Below, piece after piece: positions 9,685 through 19,586 of a stretch of 64,000 nt of DNA. Where the stretch lies: contig JASGJH010000001.1 of the NCBI GenBank assembly GCA_047601445.1, positions 1,952,001 to 2,016,000 of the forward strand, written 5' to 3'. Numbering within the stretch: the first letter of the stretch is position 1; every line of letters starts with the position of its first letter. Under the pieces are notes generated by a model. That model made no database searches and was not told where the DNA came from. It worked only from the letters and a program-made list of their open reading frames with translations. Made by a program: the position numbers and the translations under genes. The DNA comes from Myxococcales bacterium. GTDB lineage: Bacteria > Myxococcota_A > Polyangia > Polyangiales > DASUME01.

Positions 9685-12288
9685 ATGTTCGGAGAACCGA
9701 GTTCGACGCGCGTCTCAGCGCTTGCCCGCTTGTATGCGCCGCTGGCAGGGGTGTTCGACGAGACCAAGTCGGAAGATGGTGTCTTCCGCCCCCACTGGCG
9801 TCACTTCTGGGAGCTCCTCGACAAGATGGGCCCCGGCGAGCTGTATCAGCGCTGGCAGAAGGCCCAACACCTGCTGCACGAAAACGGCGTCAGCTACAAC
9901 GTGTACGGCGATCCCCAGGGCATGGAGCGGCCCTGGAGTTTGTCGCCCATTCCGGTGCTGATCGCCGCCGAGGAGTGGCACACGATCGAAAATGGTCTGG
10001 CCCAGCGCGCGCGCCTGCTCGATGCGCTGCTCAAGGACCTCTACGGCCCGCAGCGCGTGCTCACCGAGGGGCATTTGCCTCCGGAGCTCGTCTTCGAGAA
10101 CCCCTGTTTCCTGCGGGCGATCCACGGCATGAACGTGCCGCGCGATCGCTGGTTGCCGCTCTACGGCGCAGACCTCGTGCGATTGCCGCAGGGCGGCTTC
10201 GCGGTGCTGGAGGATCGCACCCAGGCGCCCTCGGGTGCGGGCTATGCGCTCGAGAACCGCATCGTCATCTCGAGCGTGCTGCCGGAAGCCTTCCGCGACT
10301 GCAACGTGGAGCGCCTGGCACTGTTCTTCCGCGCCCTGCGTGACACGCTGCACTCGCTGGCGCCGCACAACCGCGACAACCCGCGCATCGTGCTGCTCAC
10401 GCCGGGTCCCTACAACGCCACCTACTTCGAGCAGGCCTTTCTCGCCAACTACCTCGGCTACACGCTGGTCAACGGCGGCGACCTCACGGTGCGTGAAGAC
10501 CGCGTGTACCTGAAGACGCTGGGCGGCCTGCAGCAAGTCGATGTGATCCTGCGGCGCGTCAACGACGACTACTGCGATCCGCTCGAGCTGCGTCCGGACT
10601 CGGTGCTCGGCATCCCGGGGCTCGTCCAGGCCGCGCGCGCCGGCAATGTGGCCATCGCTAGCCCGCTCGGCACCGGCCTACTGCAGACCCACGCCATCCT
10701 GCCCTACCTGGCGCGCCTGTCTCGAGCCCTGTTGGGCGAGGACCTGCGCTTGCCGTCCGTGCGCACGTTCTGGTGTGGTGATCCCGAGGGGCTCGCCGAG
10801 GCCGCCCACCGCTTCGACGACGTGGTCGTGCGCAGGACCTACTCGGAGGGCTTCGTGCAGGCCATCTTCACGGCCGAGCTCGACCGCAACCGACGCGCCG
10901 AGCTCCTGGCCGAGGTGCGCGCTCGACCTCGACAGTTCGTCGTGCAGGAGCGCGTGCACCCATCGACCGTGCCGTTGATGACGCAGAACGCATTCACGCC
11001 GCGCACGCTGGTGATGCGCTGCTTCGCGGTGGCAGGACGCGACGAGTACGTGGTGATGCCCGGCGGTCTGTCCCGAGTGGCGAGCGGCAAATCGGGCACC
11101 GAGGTCTCCATGCAGCTCGGCGCGGGCAGCAAGGACACCTGGATCGTCTCGCGCGAGCCAGTGTCGCACTTCAGCCTGCTGCCGCCCATCAATCGCCCGG
11201 TGGAGCTTTCGCGAGGCGGCAGCGACTTGCCGAGCCGCGCGGCCGACAACCTGTTCTGGTTGGGCCGCTATGCAGAGCGCGCCGAGGGCGTGGCCCGCCT
11301 GGCCCGCGTGGTGGCACAGCGCCTGAGCGACATCGTGAACGAGGACGACCTCGAGAACAGCATCGAGTTCGTTCCCTTGATGCGCACGTTGACCGCGCAG
11401 ACGGCCCTCAACTACACGGCGCCGCTGGCGGCCGGCAGCCCCAAGGACCTGCGCGCAGCCACACAGCAGCTGGTGGCGGCCGTATTCGACGAGAACGGTG
11501 CTGGCACGCTGAAGGCCGTGGTGCGTTCGACCCTGCGCGCCGGACGCTTGGTGCGGGACCGCATCTCCGCCGACACCTGGCGCGTGTTGGCGGCCCTCGA
11601 CGACGAGCTGCACGGAGCTGAGCTCGATCTGGAGTTCGGCACGCTCGGCAAGCTGTACGACGTGCTCAATCGCGTGGTGCTGCGACTGGCGGCCTTCAGC
11701 GGGTTGGTCATGGAGAGCATGACGCGCGGGCAAGCCTGGCGATTCCTCGATATGGGCCGGCGCCTGGAGCGCGCGCTCAGTCTGGTGACCCTGCTGCGCG
11801 GTAGCCTGGGCCAGAGCACACCGCGCGAGGGCCCGCTGCTCGAGGCCGTGCTCGAGGTGGCGGACAGCGGCATGACCTACCGGCGACGCTACCTGGCGAC
11901 CCTTCAGGTGGCGCCCGTGGTGGATTTGCTGCTCACCGACGAGACCAACCCGCGCTCGGTCATCTACCAGCTTGAAGCCGTGGTCTCGCAGATCGTCACG
12001 CTGCCGAGCGCACCGGGTCGCATGCGCACGCCCCAGGAGCGCATCGCGCTGTCGCTGCTCAACGACCTCAAGTTGACCGACATCGAGCATGCCTGCGCGC
12101 CCGACAGCAACGGCGAACGTCAGGGGCTGTCGGATCTGCTGTTGGACTTCGCGGCGCGCATTCCTGCGCTCTCGGATTCGCTCAGCGATCGCTACCTCAA
12201 CCACGCCACCGTCTCGCGCCACCTCAAGGTGCAGGACACTCCCGAGCCCGCTGACGCCATCGCTGGCGTCAAGGGAGGCGACTCGTGA
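9685..12288 (+). CDS. Circularly permuted ATP-grasp + alpha-E fusion
   Basis: EDRTQAPSGAGYALENR, LTPGPYNATYFE, RRVNDDYCDPLEL, MPGGLSR, SKDTW, then LPSRAADNLFWLGRYAERAE and GRRLERA. Confidence 0.94.
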   Translation: MFGEPSSTRVSALARLYAPLAGVFDETKSEDGVFRPHWRHFWELLDKMGPGELYQRWQKAQHLLHENGVSYNVYGDPQGMERPWSLSPIPVLIAAEEWHTIENGLAQRARLLDALLKDLYGPQRVLTEGHLPPELVFENPCFLRAIHGMNVPRDRWLPLYGADLVRLPQGGFAVLEDRTQAPSGAGYALENRIVISSVLPEAFRDCNVERLALFFRALRDTLHSLAPHNRDNPRIVLLTPGPYNATYFEQAFLANYLGYTLVNGGDLTVREDRVYLKTLGGLQQVDVILRRVNDDYCDPLELRPDSVLGIPGLVQAARAGNVAIASPLGTGLLQTHAILPYLARLSRALLGEDLRLPSVRTFWCGDPEGLAEAAHRFDDVVVRRTYSEGFVQAIFTAELDRNRRAELLAEVRARPRQFVVQERVHPSTVPLMTQNAFTPRTLVMRCFAVAGRDEYVVMPGGLSRVASGKSGTEVSMQLGAGSKDTWIVSREPVSHFSLLPPINRPVELSRGGSDLPSRAADNLFWLGRYAERAEGVARLARVVAQRLSDIVNEDDLENSIEFVPLMRTLTAQTALNYTAPLAAGSPKDLRAATQQLVAAVFDENGAGTLKAVVRSTLRAGRLVRDRISADTWRVLAALDDELHGAELDLEFGTLGKLYDVLNRVVLRLAAFSGLVMESMTRGQAWRFLDMGRRLERALSLVTLLRGSLGQSTPREGPLLEAVLEVADSGMTYRRRYLATLQVAPVVDLLLTDETNPRSVIYQLEAVVSQIVTLPSAPGRMRTPQERIALSLLNDLKLTDIEHACAPDSNGERQGLSDLLLDFAARIPALSDSLSDRYLNHATVSRHLKVQDTPEPADAIAGVKGGDS

Positions 12289-13253
12289 AGCTCAGCGTGG
12301 TCCACCGCACCCTCTATCAGTACGGCGATACCGTCACGACGTCGCACCACGAGGCGCGCCTCGCACCCCGCGACAGCGAGTTCCAGCGCACCTTGAGCCA
12401 CGAGCTCTTGATCACCCCCGCCCCCGAGGCGCGTCGCCGTCGCTTCGACTACTTCGGCAATCGCACGGTGCATTTCAGCATCAGCGAGCCGCATCGTTCG
12501 CTCGAAGTACGGGCCTCCAGCGTGGTGGACGTGACCCCGCTGCGTCCGCCCATCCTCGGCAGCACCCCGCCCTGGGAGAGCGTGCGCGACCGGCTGCGCG
12601 CCGATCGACGCCGCGATGTGCTCGACGCCTACGCGATGTGCTTCGATTCCCCGCACGTGCAGGTGGGTCCCGAAGTCTCCGCCTACGCGGCACCGAGCTT
12701 CCAGCGCGGTCGCCCCGTGCTCGAAGCGGTGGGCGAGCTGATGGACCGAATCTACCGGGAGTTCGCCTACGATCCGCGCGCCACCGAGGTCTCGACCCCG
12801 CTCGTAACCTTGCTGCAGGACCGCCGCGGCGTGTGCCAGGACTTTGCCCACCTGGCCATCGGCTGTCTGCGCTCGGTGGGGTTACCGGCGCGCTACGTGA
12901 GCGGCTACCTGCTCACGCGCCCGCCGCCTGGCAAGCCGAAGCTGGTGGGAGCCGACGCGTCCCACGCCTGGTTCGCCACCTTCATCCCGGAGTACGGCTG
13001 GGTCGACTTCGACCCGACCAACAACCTGATCCCTTCCGACGAACACATCACCATCGCCTACGGGCGCGACTTCGCCGATGTGACGCCCATCCGCGGCGTG
13101 ATCCTCGGTGGAGGGCAGCACGAGCTGAGCGTGGCGGTGGACGTCAACCTGGTGGAAGACGCTGAAGCGGCGGTCGAAGGCGAACACGTTCACTCCGAGT
13201 CCACCGACACCATCCTGCCCACGAGCGGGTCGCGGGCTCGAGAGGCGCTCTAG
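12285..13253 (+). CDS. Transglutaminase-like protein
   Basis: GVCQDFAH, ARYVSGY, ASHAW, FDPTN, GRDFADVTP; start overlaps the upstream stop. Confidence 0.95.
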   Translation: MKLSVVHRTLYQYGDTVTTSHHEARLAPRDSEFQRTLSHELLITPAPEARRRRFDYFGNRTVHFSISEPHRSLEVRASSVVDVTPLRPPILGSTPPWESVRDRLRADRRRDVLDAYAMCFDSPHVQVGPEVSAYAAPSFQRGRPVLEAVGELMDRIYREFAYDPRATEVSTPLVTLLQDRRGVCQDFAHLAIGCLRSVGLPARYVSGYLLTRPPPGKPKLVGADASHAWFATFIPEYGWVDFDPTNNLIPSDEHITIAYGRDFADVTPIRGVILGGGQHELSVAVDVNLVEDAEAAVEGEHVHSESTDTILPTSGSRAREAL

Positions 13254-13274
13254 GGAGCGTCGGAGCGTCCCTAG
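13250..13274. terminator. Short inverted repeat between convergent genes
   Basis: CTAGGGA-N11-TCCCTAG containing both convergent TAG stops; no U-tract. Confidence 0.3.
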
Positions 13275-13498
13275 GCCAGGCGCTGCGGCAGGCGGGGAAC
13301 ATCCCGCTTGAAGCGCCAGACCCCGCGGAACTGGACGAAGCGCTCCCAGCAGTCGGTGCAGCGATACATGCCCCAAGGAAGCCAGCGCAGCAGCGGCCAG
13401 CCCAGCACGCCTTGGCGGCGCGAGCGGGCGATATGAGCGCTGCCGCAACCCGGACAACGGTGCGCGGCAGGGGAAGGGACCATCGAAGCAGGGCGCAT
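13271..13498 (-). CDS. Small putative zinc-ribbon protein (CPGC...CTDC)
   Basis: RCPGCGS-N~27-YRCTDCWERF with a hydrophobic stretch between the Cys pairs; fills an otherwise empty gap. Confidence 0.55.
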   Translation of the reverse strand: MRPASMVPSPAAHRCPGCGSAHIARSRRQGVLGWPLLRWLPWGMYRCTDCWERFVQFRGVWRFKRDVPRLPQRLA

Positions 13499-13677
13499 GG
13501 AGCTGCCCTGAACGCAAGCGCCGGACCAAGCTTCGCACCCTGTACGTCAGCGCGTCTGATCGCTATTTAGCCCTGCAAATTCGCGAAATGCTGAAATTGA
13601 TCGCAAATCCGAGCGCTCCTAGCGAGGGACATTCTGCCCCACCGGCGCACGACGACGCGCGCTTCCGCCACGTGACC

Positions 13678-14793
13678 TCAGCCTGCGGCAGAGCTGACCG
13701 GAATCTCCTCCACGACCTCGAGACCGTAGCCCTCGAGACCGGCGATCTTGCGCGGACGGTTGGTGATCAGCCGAACCTGACCAAGCCCGAGCTCGACCAG
13801 CACTTGAGCGCCCAGACCGAACTCGCGCAGGATGACCCCGTTGTCCATCGGAGCCTGAATGGGCTGGCCCATGTGGAAGGCCAGGTCGTTCTTGATGCTG
13901 ACGCGGCCCGGCAAGAAGAGGAGCACGCCCTTGCCTTCTTTTTCGATGCGGGCGATGGCGTCGCTGGCCACCACACGATCCCCCGCATGCACGCCGAACA
14001 CGTCGCCCAGCATGCTGCCCGTGTGGACGCGCACCAGCGTGGGGCTGCGGTCGACTTCGCCGAGCACCAGGGCCAGGAAGTCCCGCTCGTCGCCCTCGAC
14101 GCCGAAGGCGTAGGCCTTCCACGTCTTGCCAGTGGGCAGCTTGACCTCACCGGTGAGCGAGCTGTGCACCAGGCGCTCACGCAGGAGCCGGTACTGAATG
14201 AGATCGGCGATGCTGCAGATGTGGAGCTTGTGCTCCTTGGCGAACACCTCGAGGTCACCACGGCGCGCCATGGTGCCGTCGTCGTTCATGACCTCGCAGA
14301 TCACACCGTAGGGCGAGCAGCCCGCGAGGCGCGCGAGATCGACCGAGCCTTCGGTATGGCCTGCGCGCTGCAGCACGCCGCCTTGCACGGCGCGCAGCGG
14401 AAACACGTGGCCCGGGCTGACGATGTCGTGGGGACGCGCGTCCGCGTGGACCGCCGTGAGCACGGTGTGGGCGCGATCGGCAGCGCTGATGCCCGTGCTG
14501 ACTCCGTGGCGAGCTTCGATGGAGACCGTGAAGGCGGTGGAACGATTGGAGGTGTTCTCATCGACCATCATGGGCAGCCCGAGGCGGCGTACGCGCTCCT
14601 CGGTGAGCGTCAGGCAGATCAAGCCGCGCCCGTACTTGGCCATGAAGTTGATGGCCTCGGGCGTGACCTTGTCGGCGGCCATCACCAGGTCGCCCTCGTT
14701 CTCGCGATCTTCGTCGTCTACGACGATGACCATGCGTCCCTGGCGGATCTCTTCCAGGGCTAGCTCGACTCTGCGGATGGCTTCCGTTCCCAC
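13678..14793 (-). CDS. ribB: DHBP synthase with degenerate GTP cyclohydrolase II-like C-domain (RibBX type)
   Basis: [42 protein letters not shown]. The C-domain has [10 protein letters not shown] in place of RVHSECLTGD and lacks the Zn-binding cysteines. Confidence 0.93.
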   Translation of the reverse strand: MGTEAIRRVELALEEIRQGRMVIVVDDEDRENEGDLVMAADKVTPEAINFMAKYGRGLICLTLTEERVRRLGLPMMVDENTSNRSTAFTVSIEARHGVSTGISAADRAHTVLTAVHADARPHDIVSPGHVFPLRAVQGGVLQRAGHTEGSVDLARLAGCSPYGVICEVMNDDGTMARRGDLEVFAKEHKLHICSIADLIQYRLLRERLVHSSLTGEVKLPTGKTWKAYAFGVEGDERDFLALVLGEVDRSPTLVRVHTGSMLGDVFGVHAGDRVVASDAIARIEKEGKGVLLFLPGRVSIKNDLAFHMGQPIQAPMDNGVILREFGLGAQVLVELGLGQVRLITNRPRKIAGLEGYGLEVVEEIPVSSAAG

Positions 14794-14905
14794 GTGTTTG
14801 GTACTCCCGTTTGGGGCCCTTTCTTAGCACTTGGGGGCCGTCATGCTGGCCGACAAGGGAGCCGGGACGCAGAGCGTGCCGGGGCGAGCATTCGGATTGC
14901 AGACG

Positions 14906-16024
14906 TCAGCGTGTCGGGAGCGCGTTAGCGGCGGGAACTTCGAGCGGGCCCTCGATCAGCAGATCATCGCCAAAACGCCGGGTTACAGGGGACTTGATGG
15001 CCAGGGCTTCGGACATCGCGGTGCGCGGACCCGCGTCGGCCAGCGGTCGTGCCTCGACGTCTCCCAAGATGCGCGGGGCCACGAACACGGCGGCGTAGTC
15101 CACCGCACCTTGGGCCAGGAAGGAGCCATGGAGGGTGGGCCCGCCCTCGACCAGGAGGCGCACCACGTTGCGGCGCGCGAGGTCGCGCAGCACCCACTCG
15201 AGGTCGAGGCCACGCTCGGCGCGCGGCGCCTCGATGAGCAGGGCACCGCGCTCACGCAGCTCGCGCCGGCGATCGAAGTCCGCCTCGGGGGCATGGAAGA
15301 TCCACACGGGAGCCGACGACGAGGGGTCGAACAGGCGGGCGCTGGGCGGGGTCAGCAACGCGCTGTCGAGCACCACCCGGACGGGGTCCCGGCCACGTAC
15401 GTGGCGAACGGTGAGCGCAGGGTCGTCCGCGATGACCGTACGCGCTCCGACCATGATGGCGTCGCTGCGGTCGCGCAGGCGATGGGCGTGCGTCCGCGCT
15501 TCTTTTCCGGTGATCCAGCGGGAGTCTCCGCTGCGCGTGGCCATGCGTCCATCGAGCGTCACGGCCGCCTTGAGGGTGACGTAGGGCAGCCCCAACAAGG
15601 CGTGCTTGTAGAAGTCGGCCACCATGGCCTCGGCCCGCTCCTGCAGGACACCCCACTCCACCTGGATGCCAGCTTCACGCATGCGCGTGATGCCGCGACC
15701 GTGACCTGGAATGCGATCTTCGCAGCCGACCACGACACGCGAGACCCCCGCGCGAATCAACGCCTCGCTGCAGGGCCCGGTACGGCCATGGTGGTTGCAG
15801 GGTTCGAGCGTGACGTACACGGTGGCGCCCTCGGCGCGCATGTCGAGCTTGCGTAAGGCGTCGATCTCGGCGTGCGCTTTGCCGGCCTGGGCGTGATGGC
15901 CCGTGGCGATCACTTCCCCGTCGCGCACGATGACGCAACCCACGTGGGGATTCGGGCTCGGACGCCCGCGCGTGGCGTGCTCGAGCGCCAGGCGCATCAT
16001 GGAAAGATCGAACTCGGAGCTCAT
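14906..16024 (-). CDS. ribD: Bifunctional riboflavin deaminase/reductase
   Basis: [43 protein letters not shown]. Confidence 0.97.
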   Translation of the reverse strand: MSSEFDLSMMRLALEHATRGRPSPNPHVGCVIVRDGEVIATGHHAQAGKAHAEIDALRKLDMRAEGATVYVTLEPCNHHGRTGPCSEALIRAGVSRVVVGCEDRIPGHGRGITRMREAGIQVEWGVLQERAEAMVADFYKHALLGLPYVTLKAAVTLDGRMATRSGDSRWITGKEARTHAHRLRDRSDAIMVGARTVIADDPALTVRHVRGRDPVRVVLDSALLTPPSARLFDPSSSAPVWIFHAPEADFDRRRELRERGALLIEAPRAERGLDLEWVLRDLARRNVVRLLVEGGPTLHGSFLAQGAVDYAAVFVAPRILGDVEARPLADAGPRTAMSEALAIKSPVTRRFGDDLLIEGPLEVPAANALPTR

Positions 16025-16479
16025 GAAGGGTTCTTCAGCAGATTGGACAACGCGCTCATGAATTCGTGGATGTCCTTGAAGGAGCGATACACGCTCGCAA
16101 AGCGCACGTAGGCAACCGGATCCATGTCGCGCAGCGCTTCCATGCAGCGCTCGCCGATCATCGAAGAGGCCACTTCCTTTTCACCGGAGTCCACCAGCTC
16201 ACGCTCGATGCGGTCCACCGTGCGATCGATGGTTTCGCTCGAGACCGGGCGCTTTTCGCAGGCGCGCCTGAGTCCGCCGATCACCTTCATGCGATCGAAA
16301 GGCTCGCGTCGACCGTCCTTCTTCACGACCAGGGGCAGGACCTCCTCGACACGCTCGTAGGTGGTGTAGCGACGGGTGCAGTGATCGCACTCGCGGCGTC
16401 GGCGCGTGACCTCGCCGCCCTGCGAGAGGCGCGAATCGATCACTTTGTTGTCCAGGTGGCCGCAGAAAGGGCACTTCAT
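16021..16479 (-). CDS. nrdR: Transcriptional repressor NrdR
   Basis: MKCPFC, VIDSR, RRRREC, ATP-cone, [10 protein letters not shown]. Confidence 0.98.
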   Translation of the reverse strand: MKCPFCGHLDNKVIDSRLSQGGEVTRRRRECDHCTRRYTTYERVEEVLPLVVKKDGRREPFDRMKVIGGLRRACEKRPVSSETIDRTVDRIERELVDSGEKEVASSMIGERCMEALRDMDPVAYVRFASVYRSFKDIHEFMSALSNLLKNPS

Positions 16480-16610
16480 GGGGAAACGCTAGCGAGTACG
16501 CGCTGCTCCGGCAACAGGAGCCGGCGTTCTTACGCGTCGATCGTTCGCGGACGGCGGTCACGGCGCTGGCCGCGCCGGCGTCCGGAGTGGGGCACAAACG
16601 CGTTTACGGC

Positions 16611-17888
16611 TCAGCGCGGGCTGGCGAGCACGACCAGACTCTCGAGATCGGCCGTCTGCGGGAACATGTCGAACGCCTCGGCCCACTCCACCTGGAAGCC
16701 CGCCGCAAGGAGCGGCGCCACGTCGCGTCCCAGCGTGGCCGTGTCGCAGGACACGTAGACCACCCGCTTGAGCTTGCGTGCCAGCAGCGACTGCAGCACG
16801 CCCGGCGCCCCGGCGCGCGGCGGGTCGAGCACCACCACGTCGTAGGTCCCCGAGCTCGCCGCCTTGGCCGCATCTCCTTCGATGATCTTGGCGCTGAGCG
16901 CGCGGGCCGCGAGGTTCTTGCGCAGCGAGGCCACCGCGGCAGCGTCCTGCTCGACGGCGGTGTAGCTGGCGGTACCGGGCACGAGGGCCAGCGTCAGGTT
17001 GCCGTGCCCGGCGTAGAGCTCGAGCACGCGGGCCCCTTCCGCCCGTACCTGCTCCTTGACGCGCGCCACGAGGGCGCGATTTACCTCGGATTGTGCCTGC
17101 GAGAAGCCCCCGAGTGTGCCCTCCAGGGGCTCCCCATCGGGCCCCTCGGTCCACTCCTCGGGCGCGCCGAAGCGCGCCGGCTTGCTCGTGCCCTGGACCC
17201 ACAGCGCCAGGCCCTCCACTTTGCCCTCGGTCACCATGGCCTCGCAGGCGGCGTAGAGGGTCGGCTCCTGCGCGCTCTCGCTGCGCAGCACGACCACGGC
17301 GCCACCGCTGCGTCCGCGCGCCAAGGCGAGCTCGCCCTCCCCCGACAACAGCGGCAAGAGGCGGGCTCGGATCTCGAGCAGGGCCTGGTCGAGCACCGGC
17401 TCGAGCACCACACAGCTCGCAACATCGACCAGCTCCCGGGAGCGCTCGCGGCGGTACCCGAGCTCACGGGCGCGTCCCGCGACCCGAAACGCGAGGCGCG
17501 CGCGACGCCGATAGCCGAGCGCACGCTCGTCGCCGGTGAAGTGTACCTCCAGATCGGCCGGCGCCCCCGCCTTGCTGAGCGCCTCGCGCAGGAAACGGCG
17601 CTTGTGTTCACGCTGACTCGCGAGGCCCAGGTGCATGAAGGGGCAACCGCCGCAACGCACCACGTAGGGACACGCAGGCTCGACGCGCTCCGGCGAGCTC
17701 GAGAGAACGCTGAGGATGCGCCCGCGCCGCACCTTGCCAGGCTTGTCGTCCAGCGAAACCAGGACCTGCTCGCCGGGCACGCCGAAGCGCGCCAGCACCA
17801 CGCCGCGCTCGGTCTCGAGCACCGCCTCGCCGCTCTGGACCAAATCTCGGACCCGGGCCTCGAGTCGATCACGCTGTTTGGCAGTCAA
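16611..17888 (-). CDS. RlmD/TrmA-family RNA m5U methyltransferase with TRAM domain
   Basis: CPYVVRCGGC Fe-S motif, FSQ, ELYAGHG, VLDPPRAG, YVSCD, FDMFPQT. Confidence 0.9.
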   Translation of the reverse strand: MTAKQRDRLEARVRDLVQSGEAVLETERGVVLARFGVPGEQVLVSLDDKPGKVRRGRILSVLSSSPERVEPACPYVVRCGGCPFMHLGLASQREHKRRFLREALSKAGAPADLEVHFTGDERALGYRRRARLAFRVAGRARELGYRRERSRELVDVASCVVLEPVLDQALLEIRARLLPLLSGEGELALARGRSGGAVVVLRSESAQEPTLYAACEAMVTEGKVEGLALWVQGTSKPARFGAPEEWTEGPDGEPLEGTLGGFSQAQSEVNRALVARVKEQVRAEGARVLELYAGHGNLTLALVPGTASYTAVEQDAAAVASLRKNLAARALSAKIIEGDAAKAASSGTYDVVVLDPPRAGAPGVLQSLLARKLKRVVYVSCDTATLGRDVAPLLAAGFQVEWAEAFDMFPQTADLESLVVLASPR

Positions 17889-17900
17889 GTACAGCTCCAG

Positions 17901-18458
17901 TCAGGGAAACTGCTGGGAGGGACTCCCACGCTGGTAGAGAAATTCGAAGGCGCCACTGAGGTCGGATTTGCGCTCGGGATGACGCGGATCCTCGAAGTGA
18001 ATGTCCACCAGGGTCGCGTTGATTTGGACCTCGTGTTTGTCCACCTGGGGAGCATAGATGGCATCGAAGCGAATGGTTCCGCTCACGGCAGGCAACACCA
18101 CGGGAGTCTTGTCGCGACCCGGCGGACAGCTGTCGTTGAGGAAGAGAGAGATGTCGACGCGCGGATCACTGGCACTGACGTCGATGTCCTTGCCCAGGAA
18201 GTCTTTCTTGAGCGTGGTCGCATCGTTCACCAAAATCGCCACCCCGTCGCTCCGCACCTCGAGGTCGCTGCCGCGTTGGACGCGGATGCGCAGGAGCTGC
18301 TGGATGGCCTGGCCAAAGAAGGCGGTGGGTCCCAGCTCGTAGGGTCCGCTGTGGCAGCCGGGTACGTCGAGGGAGCCCGAGAGCTCGCCCTCGCCATGGC
18401 CCACGGAGCAGGCCGTGAACAGCCAAGCAGCGAGCAAGCGCAGGCCGAGCCGCGACAT
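17901..18458 (-). CDS. Hypothetical lipoprotein
   Basis: Lipobox-like LFTAC after a hydrophobic segment; co-oriented inside the mnmA cluster. Confidence 0.7.
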   Translation of the reverse strand: MSRLGLRLLAAWLFTACSVGHGEGELSGSLDVPGCHSGPYELGPTAFFGQAIQQLLRIRVQRGSDLEVRSDGVAILVNDATTLKKDFLGKDIDVSASDPRVDISLFLNDSCPPGRDKTPVVLPAVSGTIRFDAIYAPQVDKHEVQINATLVDIHFEDPRHPERKSDLSGAFEFLYQRGSPSQQFP

Positions 18459-18504
18459 CACCTGATGGGCGCGCCCATCCCTCGTCGGGGCACGCCTGCT
18501 CGAC

Positions 18505-19554
18505 TCAAGCGATAATGCCACCGCCCACCACCTCGTCGCCTCGGTATACCACGGCAGCCTGTCCGGGCGTGATCGCGCGCTGCGGTTCGCTGAACTCGGC
18601 CAGGAAGCCGCGCGTGGTGGGGATCACGCGCGCGGGCGCCGGCGCGTGGCGATAGCGCACACGCACCTGAGCATCGAACGGGGCGTCTGGCACCGGGCCG
18701 CACCAGGACGCCGCGGAGATCTCGCAGCGCTGGGCGAAGAGTTGATTTTCGTCACCCACCACCACGGCGTTCTCTTCGGGCAAAACGCGCAGCACGTAGC
18801 GCAAGGGGCCACCACCCAAGCCGAGACCTTTGCGCTGCCCCACCGTGTAGCGATAGATGCCCTGGTGCTCGCCCACGAGGTTGCCTTCGGGGTCCCGCAT
18901 CTCGCCGCGCTGGCTCACGCTGCGCTCTCGCTCGACGAAGCCGCCGATGTCGCCGTCGGGCACGAAGCAGAGCTCCTGCGAGTCGGGCTTCTGGGCATTG
19001 GGCACGCCGAGGCGCACGCCCTCGGCTCGCGTGCGATCCTTGGTGAGGTCACCGAGCGGAAAGCGCAGTCGCGCGAGCACCTGCGGGGGCACGCCGTAGA
19101 GGAAGTAGCTCTGGTCCTTGTGGTGATCGCGACCGCGCAAGAGGCGCACGGACCCATCGGAGGCGGGCTCGATGCGCGCGTAGTGACCGGTGGCCACCAC
19201 GTCGCAACCGAAGCGGTCGGCGAGCTCGATCAGGCGCGTGACTTTGACGTGCTGATTGCAGGCGACGCACGGGGCGGGGGTGGTGCCGCCCAGATAGCTG
19301 TCCAAGAAGGGTTCCACCACATGGCTGCGAAACGCGGCGCGCTCGTCGATGACGTAGTGAGGAAACCCGATGTGCTCGGCGGTCCGGCGCGCGTCATCAC
19401 GGTCTTCGGGCGCACAACAGCGTCCCACCTTGTCGTCGCCTTGGGCGTCCCACAGGTGAAACGTGATGCCCACGAGCTCATGGCCTTGCTCGGCCAGCAG
19501 GGCCGCCGCCACCGAGGAGTCGACTCCTCCACTCATCGCCACCAGGACGCGCAT
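18505..19554 (-). CDS. mnmA: tRNA 2-thiouridylase MnmA
   Basis: MSGGVDSS, PCVACN, ATGHYARI, KDQSYFL, DSQELCF, YTVGQRKGLG, AITPGQAAV. Confidence 0.97.
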   Translation of the reverse strand: MRVLVAMSGGVDSSVAAALLAEQGHELVGITFHLWDAQGDDKVGRCCAPEDRDDARRTAEHIGFPHYVIDERAAFRSHVVEPFLDSYLGGTTPAPCVACNQHVKVTRLIELADRFGCDVVATGHYARIEPASDGSVRLLRGRDHHKDQSYFLYGVPPQVLARLRFPLGDLTKDRTRAEGVRLGVPNAQKPDSQELCFVPDGDIGGFVERERSVSQRGEMRDPEGNLVGEHQGIYRYTVGQRKGLGLGGGPLRYVLRVLPEENAVVVGDENQLFAQRCEISAASWCGPVPDAPFDAQVRVRYRHAPAPARVIPTTRGFLAEFSEPQRAITPGQAAVVYRGDEVVGGGIIA

Positions 19555-19586
19555 CGGCCTGCTTGTGAAAGCTGGTCGACCGGCCG

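Noticed and set aside
3000..13677. Mobile element or prophage explanation for the inserted block
   Set aside because: No integrase, transposase, att-like repeat or obvious compositional shift is visible.
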